Source: Camelus dromedarius
Taxonomy: Eukaryota
DNA: 64,000 nucleotides
Assembly: GCF_036321535.1 (NCBI RefSeq)
Contig: NC_087437.1
Span: forward strand, 119,972,001-120,036,000
Direction of reading: 5' to 3'
Positions 1-14,400 of the stretch are shown here, piece by piece (within the stretch, counting starts at the first letter, position 1; the number at the start of each line of letters is the position of its first letter). The notes beneath the pieces are model-generated. The model was given only the letters and a program-made list of their open reading frames with translations, did no database searches and was not told where the DNA came from. The position numbers and the translations under genes were made by a program.

Positions 1-382
1 AGCCAGCTCCCCGCCCCCCACCCCATCTGCATGCCAGTTGCTTCCGGGCACCTGTCCGCTCAGCACAACCCCTGCCCACCCTCACCCACTCCCGTCCCCA
101 AGATCACCTTCCTTTCCTCCCTTTCCCGTGTCCCTGTGTCCAACCAGTCACCAAGTCCTGGTGACCTGTCCTTCATGACCCTTGCTCGGGCAGGTACCCA
201 CCACAGCCCCGCCACTCCCTGGCTGCAGCCCGGCCCTCACTGGGCCTCTCGGGGCCTCTGGGCAGGGCCAGCTCCTGGCTCTGGGGTTAGGGTGCCAGCT
301 CTGCCCACACCATCTCCCTGACCTGGGCGGCCCTCACGTCTAGAACCGCCCAGCCAGCCCCCAACCCAACCGTCTCCTTTCA

Positions 383-853
<471 letters not shown>

Positions 854-3800
854 CTAATACTTTTTTCTTTCAAACACACGGGAACGGCAGACCCGAGGTG
901 GGGGGTATTTAGATGCCCAGCGTGAAGCCCTCCCACCTCGGCTGTGACTGTGACAACGTCCTCAGAGAAGGCAGGGGCTGTTCCCTGACCTCTGGGCATC
1001 CAGGGAAGACAGCGTCCAGCTTCACAGCCACCAGACGAGCTCCAAGCAGCAAAGCCACAGCACAGCCACCAGGGGGCCCTCCCGCCCCGCAGCCTCCCAC
1101 CCCACCGACCTCCGTGCCAACCCAGGGCTGCTTCTGCGCCTGGCCCAGGTCCCCACACGATGCTCACACGCGACACCTGAACACAGGGAAGGCTGCAATG
1201 CCAAGAGCCGGGGCGGACACAACACGGGGCGGCCGCGAGATTGCACTGGCCACCCTCCGGGGGACGACTGGAGGGACAGTCACGAATTCAAACTCTCAAT
1301 CTGGAGCTGCAAGACCTGTCACATCTGTGAGCCAGTCCAATAACAATGTTGGCCGTGAGGCCAAGATGACAGCTCACGCCCGGTTTGTGGCATCAGGGGG
1401 CGCACAGCCCGCCCACTCTCCAGGGCCAGGGCTTCGTGTACCCTCCTGGTTACTGCTTTCCACTCCTACTAGGATGTCTCCCAAGTTGTGAAATGTGATC
1501 TCCACAACAAGGCAGCTCCATTTCTCACTTTACACTAGAGACAACCGAGACCTTTGCTTCACAAAACACAAAACCCTTATGTTTATCTACACGCGTGGCC
1601 TCGTCACAGAAGAGCCAGTCCTGGCTTTCCAGGTCACCCGAGGGCTGGGAGGGGACCTACCGTCCCCATAAAAAATTCACATCTGTGCAGACGGCACCCA
1701 GCTCACAGCAGCTGGAATTCCAGATGCTAGCTTGAAATGGAAACTGACACATAAAGGAATGACATCCCGAACACGAGGACCCACAGGCCCCCGCAGGGCT
1801 CTCAGGAGGGACAGGAGGGCAGGGAAGCAGGCGGGAGGCCTGGCTGTGCTCCCCACTCCCCGCCGGCACAGGCTCGGCTGCAGCTCAACCGCCTCCGCTC
1901 TCCGGCTGGTGCAGCCCCCGCAACAGTAGCGGCTGCAACGTGATAAACCCAGGAAAACAATGACAAAAAGGGGTAATTAGGCTCCAGGGCAACTTAATCA
2001 GAATTTCTTGGGGTGAGCTGTAATTTAAACAAACGGCCTGTGCTGCGCTGCAGCCACACGTCCGCACATACTGCCTGGTAACCAAGCAGCTGCGCGGGGC
2101 ATGGCTCAGGGCTGGGGGGAAGCAGGGCAGGGGCACCAGCCTAGGACCGTCCTCCGGGAGAAACGGGCGTGGATCCCAATGAGCTCATGCACCTGCCCCA
2201 GGCGGCCCCCTCCCATCGGCTGGGGACCGAGAAGGCGCGGTGGCACTCTGAATCTCACCCTCTTGCCCCCTGCCAGCAGGGGTGCTTCCCACTTCTCAGG
2301 CTAAATTCAGGCAACGATTCCAGGATGCAGCTCAGCTATGTGGAGCGGGTTTGGGAGTCAGGGTCCCAGGGCGTCAGGTCAGATGGGGGCAGGTTGTGGG
2401 ACAGGACAGTAGGTGGGCTGGCTGCACTGCTCCAGCGGGAGGGGCCCTGGGGGCACCGATCTCTAGCCCGCGCACGGTCTGGGGCCTCAGCACTTTCCCT
2501 CCCTCCACCGAGTCACTCGGTTCACGGCCCAGGCCGGGCTCCTCAGGCCCCCCAGGGCCGAGAGGCCTCTGAGGTGAAAGCGGGTCCTGCGGCCACTTGG
2601 GGGCCCCGCCGGTGAGATGCAGGTGAGCTGCGAGTCCAGGAAAGCCCTGACCTGAGCTGGACATCAGATGTGCCAAGGGTGGTGGTGTGCTGAGGGGCCC
2701 GAGCCCCAGCAGTAAAGGGCCGCCAGGCGGGAGGATGACGTCCTGGACCAGCAGGGGGGGCGCCCAGTGCACGTCATCGCCCCGTGACACAAGCTCACCC
2801 CCCTGGCATAGCTCGCCCCACCGAGACGCAGGCTCACCTTGCTCTCCTTCTCCAAAGGCTTAATCGGAGAGGCGAGGCGCTGAGCTCAGGGAAAATGTAA
2901 AGGAAGAGGCAACGGGAGAAGTGTGCCCCTCCCACTGCCCGGGCCCGTCACCCCGCCACCCAGCAGCTGCCAAGCACCATGACAGAGGCCCTGAGCCTGT
3001 GACCTGGTTCCTCTTCATCAATGACACCGTCTGTCGTCTGTACCACCTGATGCAAGCCTTTCCTATGCAGTTACCCTGCAGATGTCAATTTAAAAGCCAA
3101 GGCAAACACACCAATTAAAAGGGAAAAAGGCCCGGCTCCAAGACTGCTGATGTGCACAGACCCGAGTGTGACCAGGTCTCAGGTGGAAACAGCCCCCAAC
3201 ATAGTCTTCCCCTCAGTCCGACACCCACAGACCTCGGCAAGGAGGGACCCAGGACCCAGGTGCATACGTGACCAGGCATCTGGACACCCTCCCTGCCCTG
3301 TGCTCAAAGGGACCTCGCCTAAACTCTCTTACTGACCAGCCCGATGACTCATGGACCCACATGGGTCGGGGCCTCTCCCTCCTCCCCTGTCAGACCCCGA
3401 GTGTGCCAGAGCCCTCTAAAACAGTCAGAGCCCCCAGGAGCCCAGGGCGCGCCCTCTCCAGGAGCAGAGGCCTGGGAATTAGGGCCCAGGGGTGCAGGCA
3501 GGCTGCGAGGACATCCCTGTTCCCAGCACCAAGAGGCTCATCCAGTTTCCCGCTCCACACGCCACACCACCAGACGGCCGGGCGAGAGCGCAGCCGCTGT
3601 AGACGGACTCACTTAACACAAATAGGGAAACCCACGTTCCCCAGCAGATCATCAAATGAAAAAGGAGCCACTACTCCAGTGGGAAAGCAAACGGTAAGAG
3701 AGGACAGCTCCTGAGACACAAGGAGCTCAGGCTGAGAAGCTGCTCTCCTCACGCATTAGCAGGAGAGCGCGCAAGGCCGTTTCCCTTCCATCAGGCTGCC

Positions 3801-4613
3801 CGAGCCCAAGGCTGGGAGCTACTCAGCGCTGTCGTGGGCAGGGGTCAGGGAGGCACTCCGACGCTCTAGGGGTGAAGGGACGACCCCTGGGAAGGCAATG
3901 TGTGATCATCTACCTCATTTACAGATGCACCTGTCTTTAGACTTGGCAATTCATTTTTAGCAACTTGTTCAGATAAATGAGAAAAATTTTATCTGTACAT
4001 GATAATTCACTGAAGCACTTTTTGAAAGAGCAAAATAAGTGAAACGCAAGTGAGAAATGTCCATCGCGAGAGAGGGTCAAGGAAACTCGTGCAGACCCCC
4101 AGGACAGGACCACAGGCAGTTTCCACCCTTTCCCAAGTGCTGGCCAGCAGTGGCCTTTCCACCACCGGCTCCAGGTGTGCCTCCAACACGCCCTTCAGTC
4201 CCGGAAGACCCCCAGGGTCTCCTCTGACCCCGGCCTGACCCCTCAGGGCCTCTGATCACTACCCAGGTCCCCTTGCCAACCTAGAGGGTCAGGTATGGAT
4301 TTACGATGCCCCTGGAGGACAATCAGAGCTCTGTACATCATGAGGCATCCACAGCCCAGGCAGAAACAATCAGCCTGCATGTCCTCAAGGTACCTCAGTG
4401 GCTCTAGGACCTTCCAGAACACAGCCAGACGCTCACAGGCCGGCCCGAGGATTAAATCAGTCATCACAAGTCAAACACTCAAAACAGTGGCTGGCACATA
4501 ACCGGTGCTACGTGTTAGCTGCTTATGCTAGCGTTACTGTCACTACTGTCACTGGCATGCAAGTGTAAGCTGTGCGTTCGACATCATAATTATGCAATGT
4601 TAGCATTTCATAC

Positions 4614-4757
4614 CTGACACTCAGACATTGCCATGGTTTTGTACGGAAAAGAATCAGACGCTTACTGTCATCGGTTAAAGCAAAATAGCTGCCAGACTTG
4701 GAGAAGGTGGACGCCAGAATCGTGTCAGTCCCCTTATCCTCGGGCTGTCCGTCGGCC
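4614..4757 (-). CDS. WDR4: WDR4 coding exon 3
   Basis: Encodes [47 protein letters not shown]; ctctttctcag acceptor, GTATGA donor; 144 nt. Confidence 0.97.
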
Positions 4758-5524
4758 CTGAGAAAGAGAGGAGACAGGTCAGGACTTCTCCTAGCAAGCA
4801 AGGCTGCACCCCACAGGCCAGCCCTGTGTGTTTATAACGTGAGCAGAGGTAGAAAGGGTAAGAGGTTTGTGCAGCCAGAGTATAAAACGTATTAAAGGGT
4901 CATGGAGGAGTTAAAGGTCACTCTACCTTTTAAGGAGAAAAGTTAATGAAACGGGAAAATCTCTCAGCACAGACACCAGAATCCCAAGAGCTGTGCTGGA
5001 AAGACCCTCAGAGATCACATGACCCACTCCCTCACGACATGAACTAGTCCAAGACTAGAGGCAGGAATTAAGTCATATTAAAAAAAAAAAAAAGTAATAA
5101 ACTGGGCCACAAAACCAATTCTTCTGAAGAAAACCACCACACAAAATGATCATACTCTGCCTTTTTTAACTTTCACCTAGCTCCAGTTAATTTCATAATA
5201 CATTGTATATTACATAATACATACCTGCTGTCAATGTATTAAAAACTGCACTGTGTCATTTCAAAGTGCCAGTAAAATAGTTAATCACTGGCAGAAAAGA
5301 ACTTAAAAGTATTTTTAAAAGTGCTAACATTCCTAATGCCTAATCTGAACGTTAGTTAGTCCACGTTTCCTTCCTGAGTGGCACCTGGTCTACCCACACA
5401 GCAGCAGTGACAGAAATGAAGAACCCGCAAGTAAGACAGCGATTTTCTTCTTAAAACCATATGGGCCCATGACTCAAACCTCGGACTGCGAACCAGCCCT
5501 GAAGAGGCTTCCCCGTCATCTCAC

Positions 5525-5590
5525 CCTTTATATTCTTGTGACTCCTTTTCCGCAGTACTGCAATCATATATGAAGAGGCTGTCATCATCA
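5525..5590 (-). CDS. WDR4: WDR4 coding exon 2
   Basis: Encodes DDDSLFIYDCSTAEKESQEYKG; ttttctttag acceptor, GTGAGA donor; 66 nt. Confidence 0.95.
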
Positions 5591-6779
5591 CTAAAGAAAA
5601 ATAACAAAAATATTTTAAGGGAAGCACTTTGTTAATAAAAATGGTCATTTCTTTTCTTTTTATTATTTTTTTTGGCCTGGACCAAAAAAGTATTTCCATA
5701 CTAAGGAGCTTATCCACAAGAAACTGTCTCCATACGTTATTTCAGGAACAGCTAAGGAGCTTTATTTGCTTAACTTACTTATATTTGCCATACATAACTA
5801 GCATGGTTCTGTCCATCAGGTAAGTAAAATAAATGAGGACAAAAACTCAACAGGAAGTAATAATACTGTTTTTTCATGCACCAGAAAACCTGTGCAAGAT
5901 GGTTAGGTTAGAAGAAAGCATGTTCTGATGTTGAATTTTCAGTGGGTCTTTTGCACTCAAGTTTAAAACTGCCATTTCTTGTTTAGAAAAATGTCTCATC
6001 TGCCCCCCAAAAAGTTCCCATGGCTGCCAAGCACTTACCAATATAGAAACCACCCATCTTCCCTATTAGACCCCAAGCCCCCCCACCCCAGTGCCTGGCA
6101 GAGACATCTTGGTACAAATTTATAGGCATAAGAGACTGCAGCCAAACTCTTTTCATGTGAACACTGTAGTGCAGAAAGAGGAGTAGTCCTCCAAGTCAGA
6201 AACTGCCAGCCAGCCACCAGATTCCCTCAAAAGGTCTACTGAAGCAAGCAGACGAGGTCTCATTTGCCCATGTCTCACTGTGGCATGTGTTAAGACACCA
6301 GGAGGCTCTAAAGCAAAATAATCTGGGACAAACGACAGGCTTATGAATAAATTTGTGAAGTCTAAACTTAACATGGAATTGTATTTCTGAAACCAAACGG
6401 TGAAAAGAGAGCACATTTACATTTGACAGACATACCGTCTGTTTCAAGTTTGAGAGAATCAACCCTACCCAGGAAAAGAAAACAGAGGGCCGAAACTGAC
6501 CGCTGCTAATACACACGAGGCTCCTGGGCCAAGACTACTCGATGAACAAACATCTACTGACTTTAAATATCCCGGGAACGATAAGGAAGGAGCGGGAAAC
6601 TAGGGATAAGACCCTCCGGCCTTGAAGGGCAAGTCGGGCGGGTAGATTTTGGATGTGGCGGGGATGAGGGAACAGGCACCACCGCAAGAAGGAGGCGACA
6701 AGGAGTGCGCCGAACACGTTCCTGAGAGTAAACCCCTCTCTCCATGGGAGGTCAACGGCTTCCTTTCTCCTCACACACC

Positions 6780-7760
6780 AGACCGGGTCTGACCGGCACC
6801 CCCTAGACACCGCACTGGCCCAGCCAGGCCCGCGTTTCCCCCGGTGACCCGGCCCCCGCAGAAACCGGAAGTGTCCGGCGCTGACCCCGCGGAGAGCGCT
6901 GCAGACCGGCCACCCAGGGCGCGGGGCCCAGGAATCGGGGCAAGGAGCGCCCTGGGCGGGTCTTGAGAGAAGGGCTGCAGGCAGCCGCGGAGCTCCGCGG
7001 GGTCACCCCAGGGCGGGATCACCCGAAGGCGGCGCGGGGGCACAACCGCGGCCTGGACGCCTGCTCCATGCCCAGACCCCTCACCTGCTCGAAGTGGAAG
7101 TGGCCATAAACAGGCTGCCGCCCCGCACCACCAGCGCATGTCCGCACAGCTCCAGCCCCGCGGAACTCGCCATGTGCCCGCCCGCCGCGCCGCCACCCAC
7201 GTGCACCGCTCAGCGCCTCTTCCAGCGGGCGCCGGCTAGTGACGTCACGCGCATACGCAGCGCGGTGGCGTAGTCCGGCGGGCGCTCTAGTCCCGGGCAT
7301 GCGCAGAAGGCGCTCTCTCGCTTCATCCTCCCATCCGGCGTTTGCGCTCTGGTGGCTCCGGTTGGTCGTGGAACAGATTTGTCCGGATGGAATACACTTG
7401 CTTGTTTAGTGCTCGTCTCTGCCTCCGGACCGGGCAGGGCCGGTTCTGGGTCTCTCTCAGCCTGTGGCTGGGCGACTTGGCTCTTAGTAAATATTCCTTC
7501 AAGAAACGAGAGGGTGTGAGTTGTATCCGGGTCCGGGACGTGGTGTCGGGTGCGTTCGGAGGAGGGCTCCGAGCTGAGGTCGCTGGGGGGAGCCCGCGTA
7601 ACCCCTGCACTTAGGTTAGCGGGACACGCCTGAAACGCAAAGCCTCTCAGCTGCTATTTTTCAATCCAAGATGGGGCTCTTTTCCAGGGAGTCACGCGGG
7701 ATGATTTCTCGGGACTCGCCGCCCCCACATACCACACTGTTCATCTGATCACTAAACCCT
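6780..7760 (-). promoter_or_regulatory. WDR4: WDR4 CpG-island promoter
   Basis: CpG-dense; full CRE TGACGTCA 7240-7247, NRF1-like GCATGCGCA ~7297-7305, ETS/GABPA ACCGGAAGTG 6864-6873. Confidence 0.85.
7085..7173 (-). CDS. WDR4: WDR4 coding exon 1
   Basis: ATG at 7173; MASSAGLELCGHALVVRGGSLFMATSTSS resembles the WDR4 N-terminus; GTGAGG donor; 89 nt. Confidence 0.95.
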
Positions 7761-7839
7761 TCTGGACGCCCCATCTCCATGGCCTCCGCCACGGCACAGA
7801 CCACAGCAATCCCGCTGCTCGCTGGTCTTACTTCCGCCT

Positions 7840-8430
7840 CGTCCCTCCCACGGACCCCACAGATCCACTTTCCACGCTAAAGCCAGAGAGAGCTTTATCA
7901 GAACACAATTCCAATCACTCCATCCCCCTGCAGAAAATCAACAAGAGGCTTCTCGTTGGTCTTAGTACATAATCCAAATCGTAATCTTCCTCTATGAAAT
8001 ACATGTGGTCTGGCTCCTACCTACACCGCAGCCCCATTCCCTACCAGGCCCGGTTTGTTGTCCGTGCGCTAGCTCTGACTGCCCCTCCAGTTCATTGGCA
8101 CAATGCGCTTACTAACCACGGGGTCTTAGCACGTGCTATTCTTTAGCCAGAAGTGTTCTCCCCACACCCTGTCACTTTACTGCCCCTAGTTAATTACATC
8201 ACCCCATTTCACGCAGTGGAGACATCACTTAATCAGGAAAGCCTTTCCTGACTCTCCATTATCTCCATCTGCAGCATCTGTTAATCTGTTTAATGTCTGT
8301 CTCCAGACTACAAATGCCATGAAGGCAGGGACTGATTCCTAAGTTGGTGGGTCCCCAATGCCCCAGCTTGCAGCACAGCACCGGGCATGAAGTCAGAGCT
8401 CAATTAATATTTGCTAAATAAATAAATGGA
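7840..8430 (+). mobile_element. L2 LINE 3' fragment
   Basis: Typical L2 3' end (catcacttaatcaggaaagcctttcctgac ... gctcaattaatatttgctaaataaataaatg). Confidence 0.7.
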
Positions 8431-9899
8431 ACAACTAATCAACTGTCTTAAAGGATCACCTGTTTTTGCATAAGAGTGAAAGAATTATGATAGGCATGAG
8501 GCATAGGAAACTAGAATGCTGACCCAAACTCCACCTCCGATTTGACTCAAGGATGAATTTACACCCAAACATTAAGGTAGCTGTTTCTGGCAAAGCAGAA
8601 TGCTTGGGGAAAGCCGGGCTTCCTTAAAGGCAATGGGGTTAAAGGGGCCTTCATGGAGGCAGAAGATGGAAGACACTCTGTTTATCACAGAACAAAGAAC
8701 AAGAGGGCTGGCGGAGTAGGGAGGAAGGGGCAGGAGCAAAGCAGACAGCTCACAGAGCCAGCGCGAGGGAGCTTCAATGGAGGGGCTGACGCTGGGCAGT
8801 ATCCAGTGGAAACAGGAGCCTTCACGGTGTTTCTGAAAATGAATCTGCTATAAACATCATTTCTATTCAGCTAACTCAGCCGGCACAGTGAAAGTCCATA
8901 CTCATGGTCTGGGGTGTTTTCCAGGCACGCAGGTGAATTTACAGTTTCTATTTTGGGTAGGAGAAGAACCAAGACCACAGAGATCCTAGAAAGGGGCCTC
9001 CAGGCATCAGCCAGGCTCGCGAGCAAATTATGCTTCCTTTACAGTCATGGCTGACATAAGACGTTCCATAAAACACATTCTAACAGATACAACTAACTGT
9101 AATATGCCTATTTAAACTGGCCGTGAAGCTTCACTGCCTTCATGTGACAGGTTACAACCTTGAGAAAGAACTACAATTTTTGTGTAGCTGGAGACCAAAT
9201 AATAAAGATTTACGAGGAATCATGCATTACATCACAAGACAGAGCACATACAAATGAAAACTTAAAAATCTGTGCTTCTGTCAGATGTCAGTGAAACTTA
9301 ATCATTTTGGTCTTTTTGAGATGATAAATCACACTTTGAATTCTTACAGTACTTGTGCCAGCAAGTTTTATTTTCCTCCAGATCTTTTTTTATCAAATTT
9401 CATGATAACCTATACCTTATCTTTTTAATCCTAATGAAGTCTAAATTGAAATGTTTTCCAGCTTATTTTTATTTTCACAGTCTTCCCTTTTGTGTCTCTT
9501 GGAGGTGCTACTTAAATTTATTTTGTTGTATGCTATCTGAGGTTAATGTGTGTCTACAAAGATACTATTTAAGTGGCTTTTATCATTAGCACTGTTATAT
9601 ATAAGTAAACTATAATTATCAACATTAATATGATGCCTTGATATTTTACTATCTAATTTTTTTTAGCTTATTACCCAAAACTCACTGCTCAAATTTTAGT
9701 TCTGAATAATTTGGCTGTTTTTTTCCTTAAATTTCTTAATGTGGCTACTTAAATTATAACCACGTTTTCACTTCTCTGAAATTTATAAAACAATGAGGAC
9801 ATATTTACATTTACAGCTTAGATAAAAATGGAGAGTCATTTGGTTTTCTACCATCTGTCTCGGTAATTTCCTCAAAGGAGTTAGCAGTGTTATTTGGTA

Positions 9900-10786
9900 A
9901 CTGTATTTATTATCTATTGCTGTATTAATGCATAACAAACACAGAATTTGGGGGCCTAAAACAATAAGCATTTAGTTAGCTCATGATTCTGCGGGTTGAC
10001 CATTCGAGCTGGTCTTAGTTGGGTGGTTCTGGCGTTGCTGGCCTTGGCTCATGGGTCTGTGGCCTGCCGCTTGGTTAGAAGAACTAGCTGGTCTAGGATG
10101 GCTGGATGGATCATCTCTGCTCTGTCTGGTCTCTCATCCCCCAGAATGGTACTAGGGCTTATCCACACAGCAGGCACGACGGCAGGAGCGAAGGGGAAAA
10201 AGTCCACAAAAACCTCACGAGGCCCAGGGATGGAGCTGGCGCACTGTTACTGCTGACGTTCTGTTGGCCAGAGCAAGTCACAAGGTCAACGAGATCCAAG
10301 GGGTGGGGAAGGAAACCCCCTCCTGATGTGGGGGCTGCAAAGTCACATCAGAAAGGGCCTGGAGACCGGGGCAGAGCGGGGGGAAGGGATAAATTGGGAG
10401 TTCGAGATTTGCAAATACTAGCTACTATATATAAGATAGGTTTAAAAAAACAAATTTCTTCTGTAGAGCACAGGGAACTGTATTCAATATCTTGTAGTAA
10501 CCTATAATGAAAAAGACTATGAAAATAAATACATGTACATATATGCATGACTGAAACATTACACTGTACACCAAAAATTGACACATTGTAACTGACTATA
10601 CTTCAATTAAAAATAATAAATAAACAAATGTTTAAAGAAAAAAGACAAGAAGTGATAGGATTCACTGTACTATAGCAACACTACTAGGTATTTGAAAATA
10701 AAAGTTTGGTAAATTAAACTGGGGGGAAAAAGGCCTAGAGAAAGGGAAGGGGGGAACTGAGGCCAATTCTGAGTCAAATCTACCAC
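9900..10786 (-). mobile_element. MLT1-type (MaLR) solo LTR interrupted by an L1 insertion
   Basis: MLT1-like termini (tatctattgctg...; ...aatctaccaca); the two halves rejoin across 10366-10741. Confidence 0.65.
10366..10642 (+). mobile_element. 5'-truncated L1 3' end (artiodactyl type)
   Basis: gggataaattgggagttcgagatttgca ... tatacttcaattaaaaa followed by A-rich tail. Confidence 0.85.
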
Positions 10787-11419
10787 AGTCCATTCTCTGG
10801 CCTCAGTCTCTCCAACTGAAAAACACTCACCTCCTCCCAAGGTCCCCCAAAGTCTCATCCAATCCCAGCAGCAGGCTCAAAGCCCAGGGCCTCGCGGTCT
10901 GTACCAGGTTAATGCTGCTCCTCAGGTGTGGCCTCTCTCGGTCAGAGACCTGCAAACTAAAACCTGAGATGTCTGCCCCACATGCCAACGAGCAATGGTG
11001 AGGGGCGGCAGGATAACCATGATACACGCTTCCGTTTGCAAAGCGGAGGAATGGGTTGCACAGAGCGATCGCTGCATCCCAGAAATTCTGAAATCCACTG
11101 GGAAATGTCTACAGGGCACACAGGGGTAGACAGTGTCCCCTGATGAGGTGCGTCTGCTTGCTGGGAGAGTTTCCCCAAACTGTAACCCAATGTGACCCTC
11201 ACCTCTGCCCTCTGGGATAGCACCCCCTTTTCCAGCATCTTCTTGGTCACTTTGGAAAATGTGCCCTTCGAGTAACTCTTGACCTCTGCCTGCCCTTAGC
11301 AAGTGGGGGCCCAGAGGCCTTTTTTCTCTTCAAACTGTCCTGTCCCCTTAGGCCAGCAGGTGGTGCTTTGTTCAGTACAACTCCCAGAAAGCTTTGTGGG
11401 GAAATCAGCATGGTGGCCG

Positions 11420-14400
11420 AATGAGACATCCTTCACTGTGTCCCCTGACTCAATAACAAAAATTTAGCGTCCATTCACAGACAGAAGTGCCATTGTAGGA
11501 CGTGGGATCCAGCACCATATACCAGGGAACCCAGGTGAGTCCTGTCCACCCGAGTCTTGGGTAACAGACACCCAGATGCCAGCCTCAGCTGTGGAGCCTG
11601 CAGTGGCCCATGGCCTCTTGACCATGGTCTGGGAGCTGTCTTAGACAGTCACCCATGAGCAGGAGCTTGTGTGGGAGTCTGGATTTCCAGTGGATGAGTT
11701 CTAGCACATAATTAGAGCAAAAAAAGAAAAAAAGATGCAAGTTTGGATGCAATGGAGAGGGTAAGAGAAACAGTTTGACAGTGCCCGCATCACTCCAAGG
11801 CAACACAGCTTAGGGCCAAGAGAGAGACTCTCAGCCCGTGACTCCTCCCACAGGGGGAGTGAGAGCATGTGAGCGAGAGCCCGGCTCCCCGGGATGTGCG
11901 AGGTGCCGCCAAAGAGATGTCTTTCTCTCTTGCCTCATTCAGAGTACTGATTCATGAGCTGCATAGCTGAGGGACAGGAAGAGGCTGGGAGAGCAGAAGA
12001 CAGGACACTCAGAGGGCATTAAAGGGATGCTGACGCTGCTGGCTGCGCTGTGGACTCCATCTAGACACACCTTGCCTGTGGATCTCTCAGCTGGCCCCAG
12101 TGCTCAGTGTGCCTCACCCCCACACACTCCCACCGTGGGGCCAGCTCCCTGTCTGCACTCCCAAAGGCAGTGAGAGCGTTTTTGTAAATGAATAGTGAAC
12201 ACACATAGAGAATGGGCCTGATCTGCAGGCCAAGGAAAGACCACAAGCCTGAGCTTTTGTACCACCTCTGGTGAACAACCAGGAGGCTGTGAGCACTCCC
12301 CCAGGTGCACTGCAGGATGGGGAGAAGGCACACATGCTTAAGAATTCTGCCACAAGAGAGAACAAGAATGTGGAAGAGGCATATCCACAGAAGGGCTGAC
12401 AAAGTCTCAGACTCACTCACAGGGTGGATGGACAGTATCTCTCTCCCAAAGGCAGTTAGTAAAGACCAGAAGAGGTGGTTGCTACCTCAGATGCAAAGAT
12501 CGCAACACGACACCTCAAGGAATGTGAAAAATCAAGGAAACAGGACACCACCAGAGGAGCACACTAATCTTCCATTCCAAAGACATCTATGATTTACTTG
12601 ATCAAGAATTCAAAATAACTTTTTAAGGAAAGTCAATGAGCTATAAGAAAACAAAGAAAGGCAATTCAGTGAAATCAGGAAAACAGTACATGAACAAAAT
12701 GAGAAGTTTCACAGAGACAGAAATCGTAAGTGAGAGCCAAACAAAAATTCCAGAGCTGAAGAATACAATGAACGCAGTGAAAATCCATCAACCACAAAAT
12801 GGACCAACCAGGCGAAAGAATCTGTGAGTCAGAAGACAGGATCTTTGAAATATTCCAGCCAGTGAAGAACAAAGAAAAGGAATTTAAAATGTCAGTGAAG
12901 AAAGCCTACATGATCTATGGGAAACCAACAAAACAGACAACTGGCAAAGTACCGGAGATGCAGAGGGAGAGGGGGGTGGGGTGGTAGAAAACCTATTTGA
13001 AAAAGTAATGGCTGAGAAAGATTTGGGCATCCCAGTTCCTGAAGCTCACAGGCCACCAACCATACTCAACTTAAAGAGATCTTCTCCAGGATACATTATA
13101 ATAAAACTGTGAAAAATCAAAGACAAAGAGAAAATCTTAAAAAGCGGCAAGAGAAGAGACGCTTGTAATTACAACCTGTCCCCAGAAGGCAGTCAGCAGA
13201 CTGCTCGGCGGGCTGGTCTTACAGACCAGGGAAGAGGGGGGCGAACATTCAAAGTGCGGGAAGGGAAAACTGCCAACCAAGAACACTCTATCTGACAAAG
13301 CTGTCCTTCAGAAATGAAAGCAAAATAAAGACATTCCCAAACAAAACTGTTGAGGGACTTCATCGCCACTAGACCTGCCTGCAAGAAAAGCTAAAAGAAG
13401 TTCTTCAAGCTGAAATGAAAGGATGCTAACTAGTTACATGAAGACATATGAAAATACACAACACAATGGCAAAAGTAAGTAGCTAGTCGGATTCATAATA
13501 CTCCTAACACTGTAACACAGGGCCATGGTAACCACTTAACTTGAGTACAAAGGTTAAAAAGAAGAGTACTAAAGACAACTACAGCTGCAATAATTTGTTA
13601 ATGAGCACACAATTTAGGAAGGTAAATTGTGACATCAAAACCATAAAGGGGAGGGAGTAAAAGGGTACAGCTTTTGTATGCAATTGAGTTAAGTTTTAAT
13701 CACTGTAAAATTGCTATATCTACACAAAGTTTTATGTAAGTCTCATGGTAACCACGAAGCAAAAACCTACAGTAGATTCACAAAAGAAAAAGAGAAGAGA
13801 ATCAAAGCATATCACTGCAGGAAAGCATCAGTTCACAAAGGAATAGAGCAAGAGAGGAGGAAAGAAACAAGGAAACATCAAAACAGCCAGAAAATGATTA
13901 ATAAGACTGCATTAATAAGTCCTTACCTATCAATAATTACTCTAAATGTAAATAGATTACATTCTCTAATGAAAGGCATGGAGTGCATGGATGGCTAAAA
14001 AAATAAGACCCAACTATAGCTGGGGCTCACTTCAGCTTAAAGGACACACACAAACTTAAAATGAAGGGATAGAAAGAGAATTTCCATGCAAATGGAAACA
14101 AAAAGAGAGCAGGATAGTAATCCTTATACAGAGAAGAGAGACTTTAAGCCAAGAACTGTAATAAGATACAAAGAAGATCATTCTATAATGACTAAGGGGT
14201 CAGTTCATCCAGAAGCTGTAACATACGTCTATATGTCATAGATACAGATATATACCCACCCAACACTGGAGCATCTAAATATAGTAAGCAAATACTAACG
14301 GATCTGAAGGGAGAGATGGACAACAGTACAGTAACCACGGAGGGACTTCAGTGCCCTGCTTCCCACAGCGGCAGGTCATCAGACAGGAAACAAATGAGGA

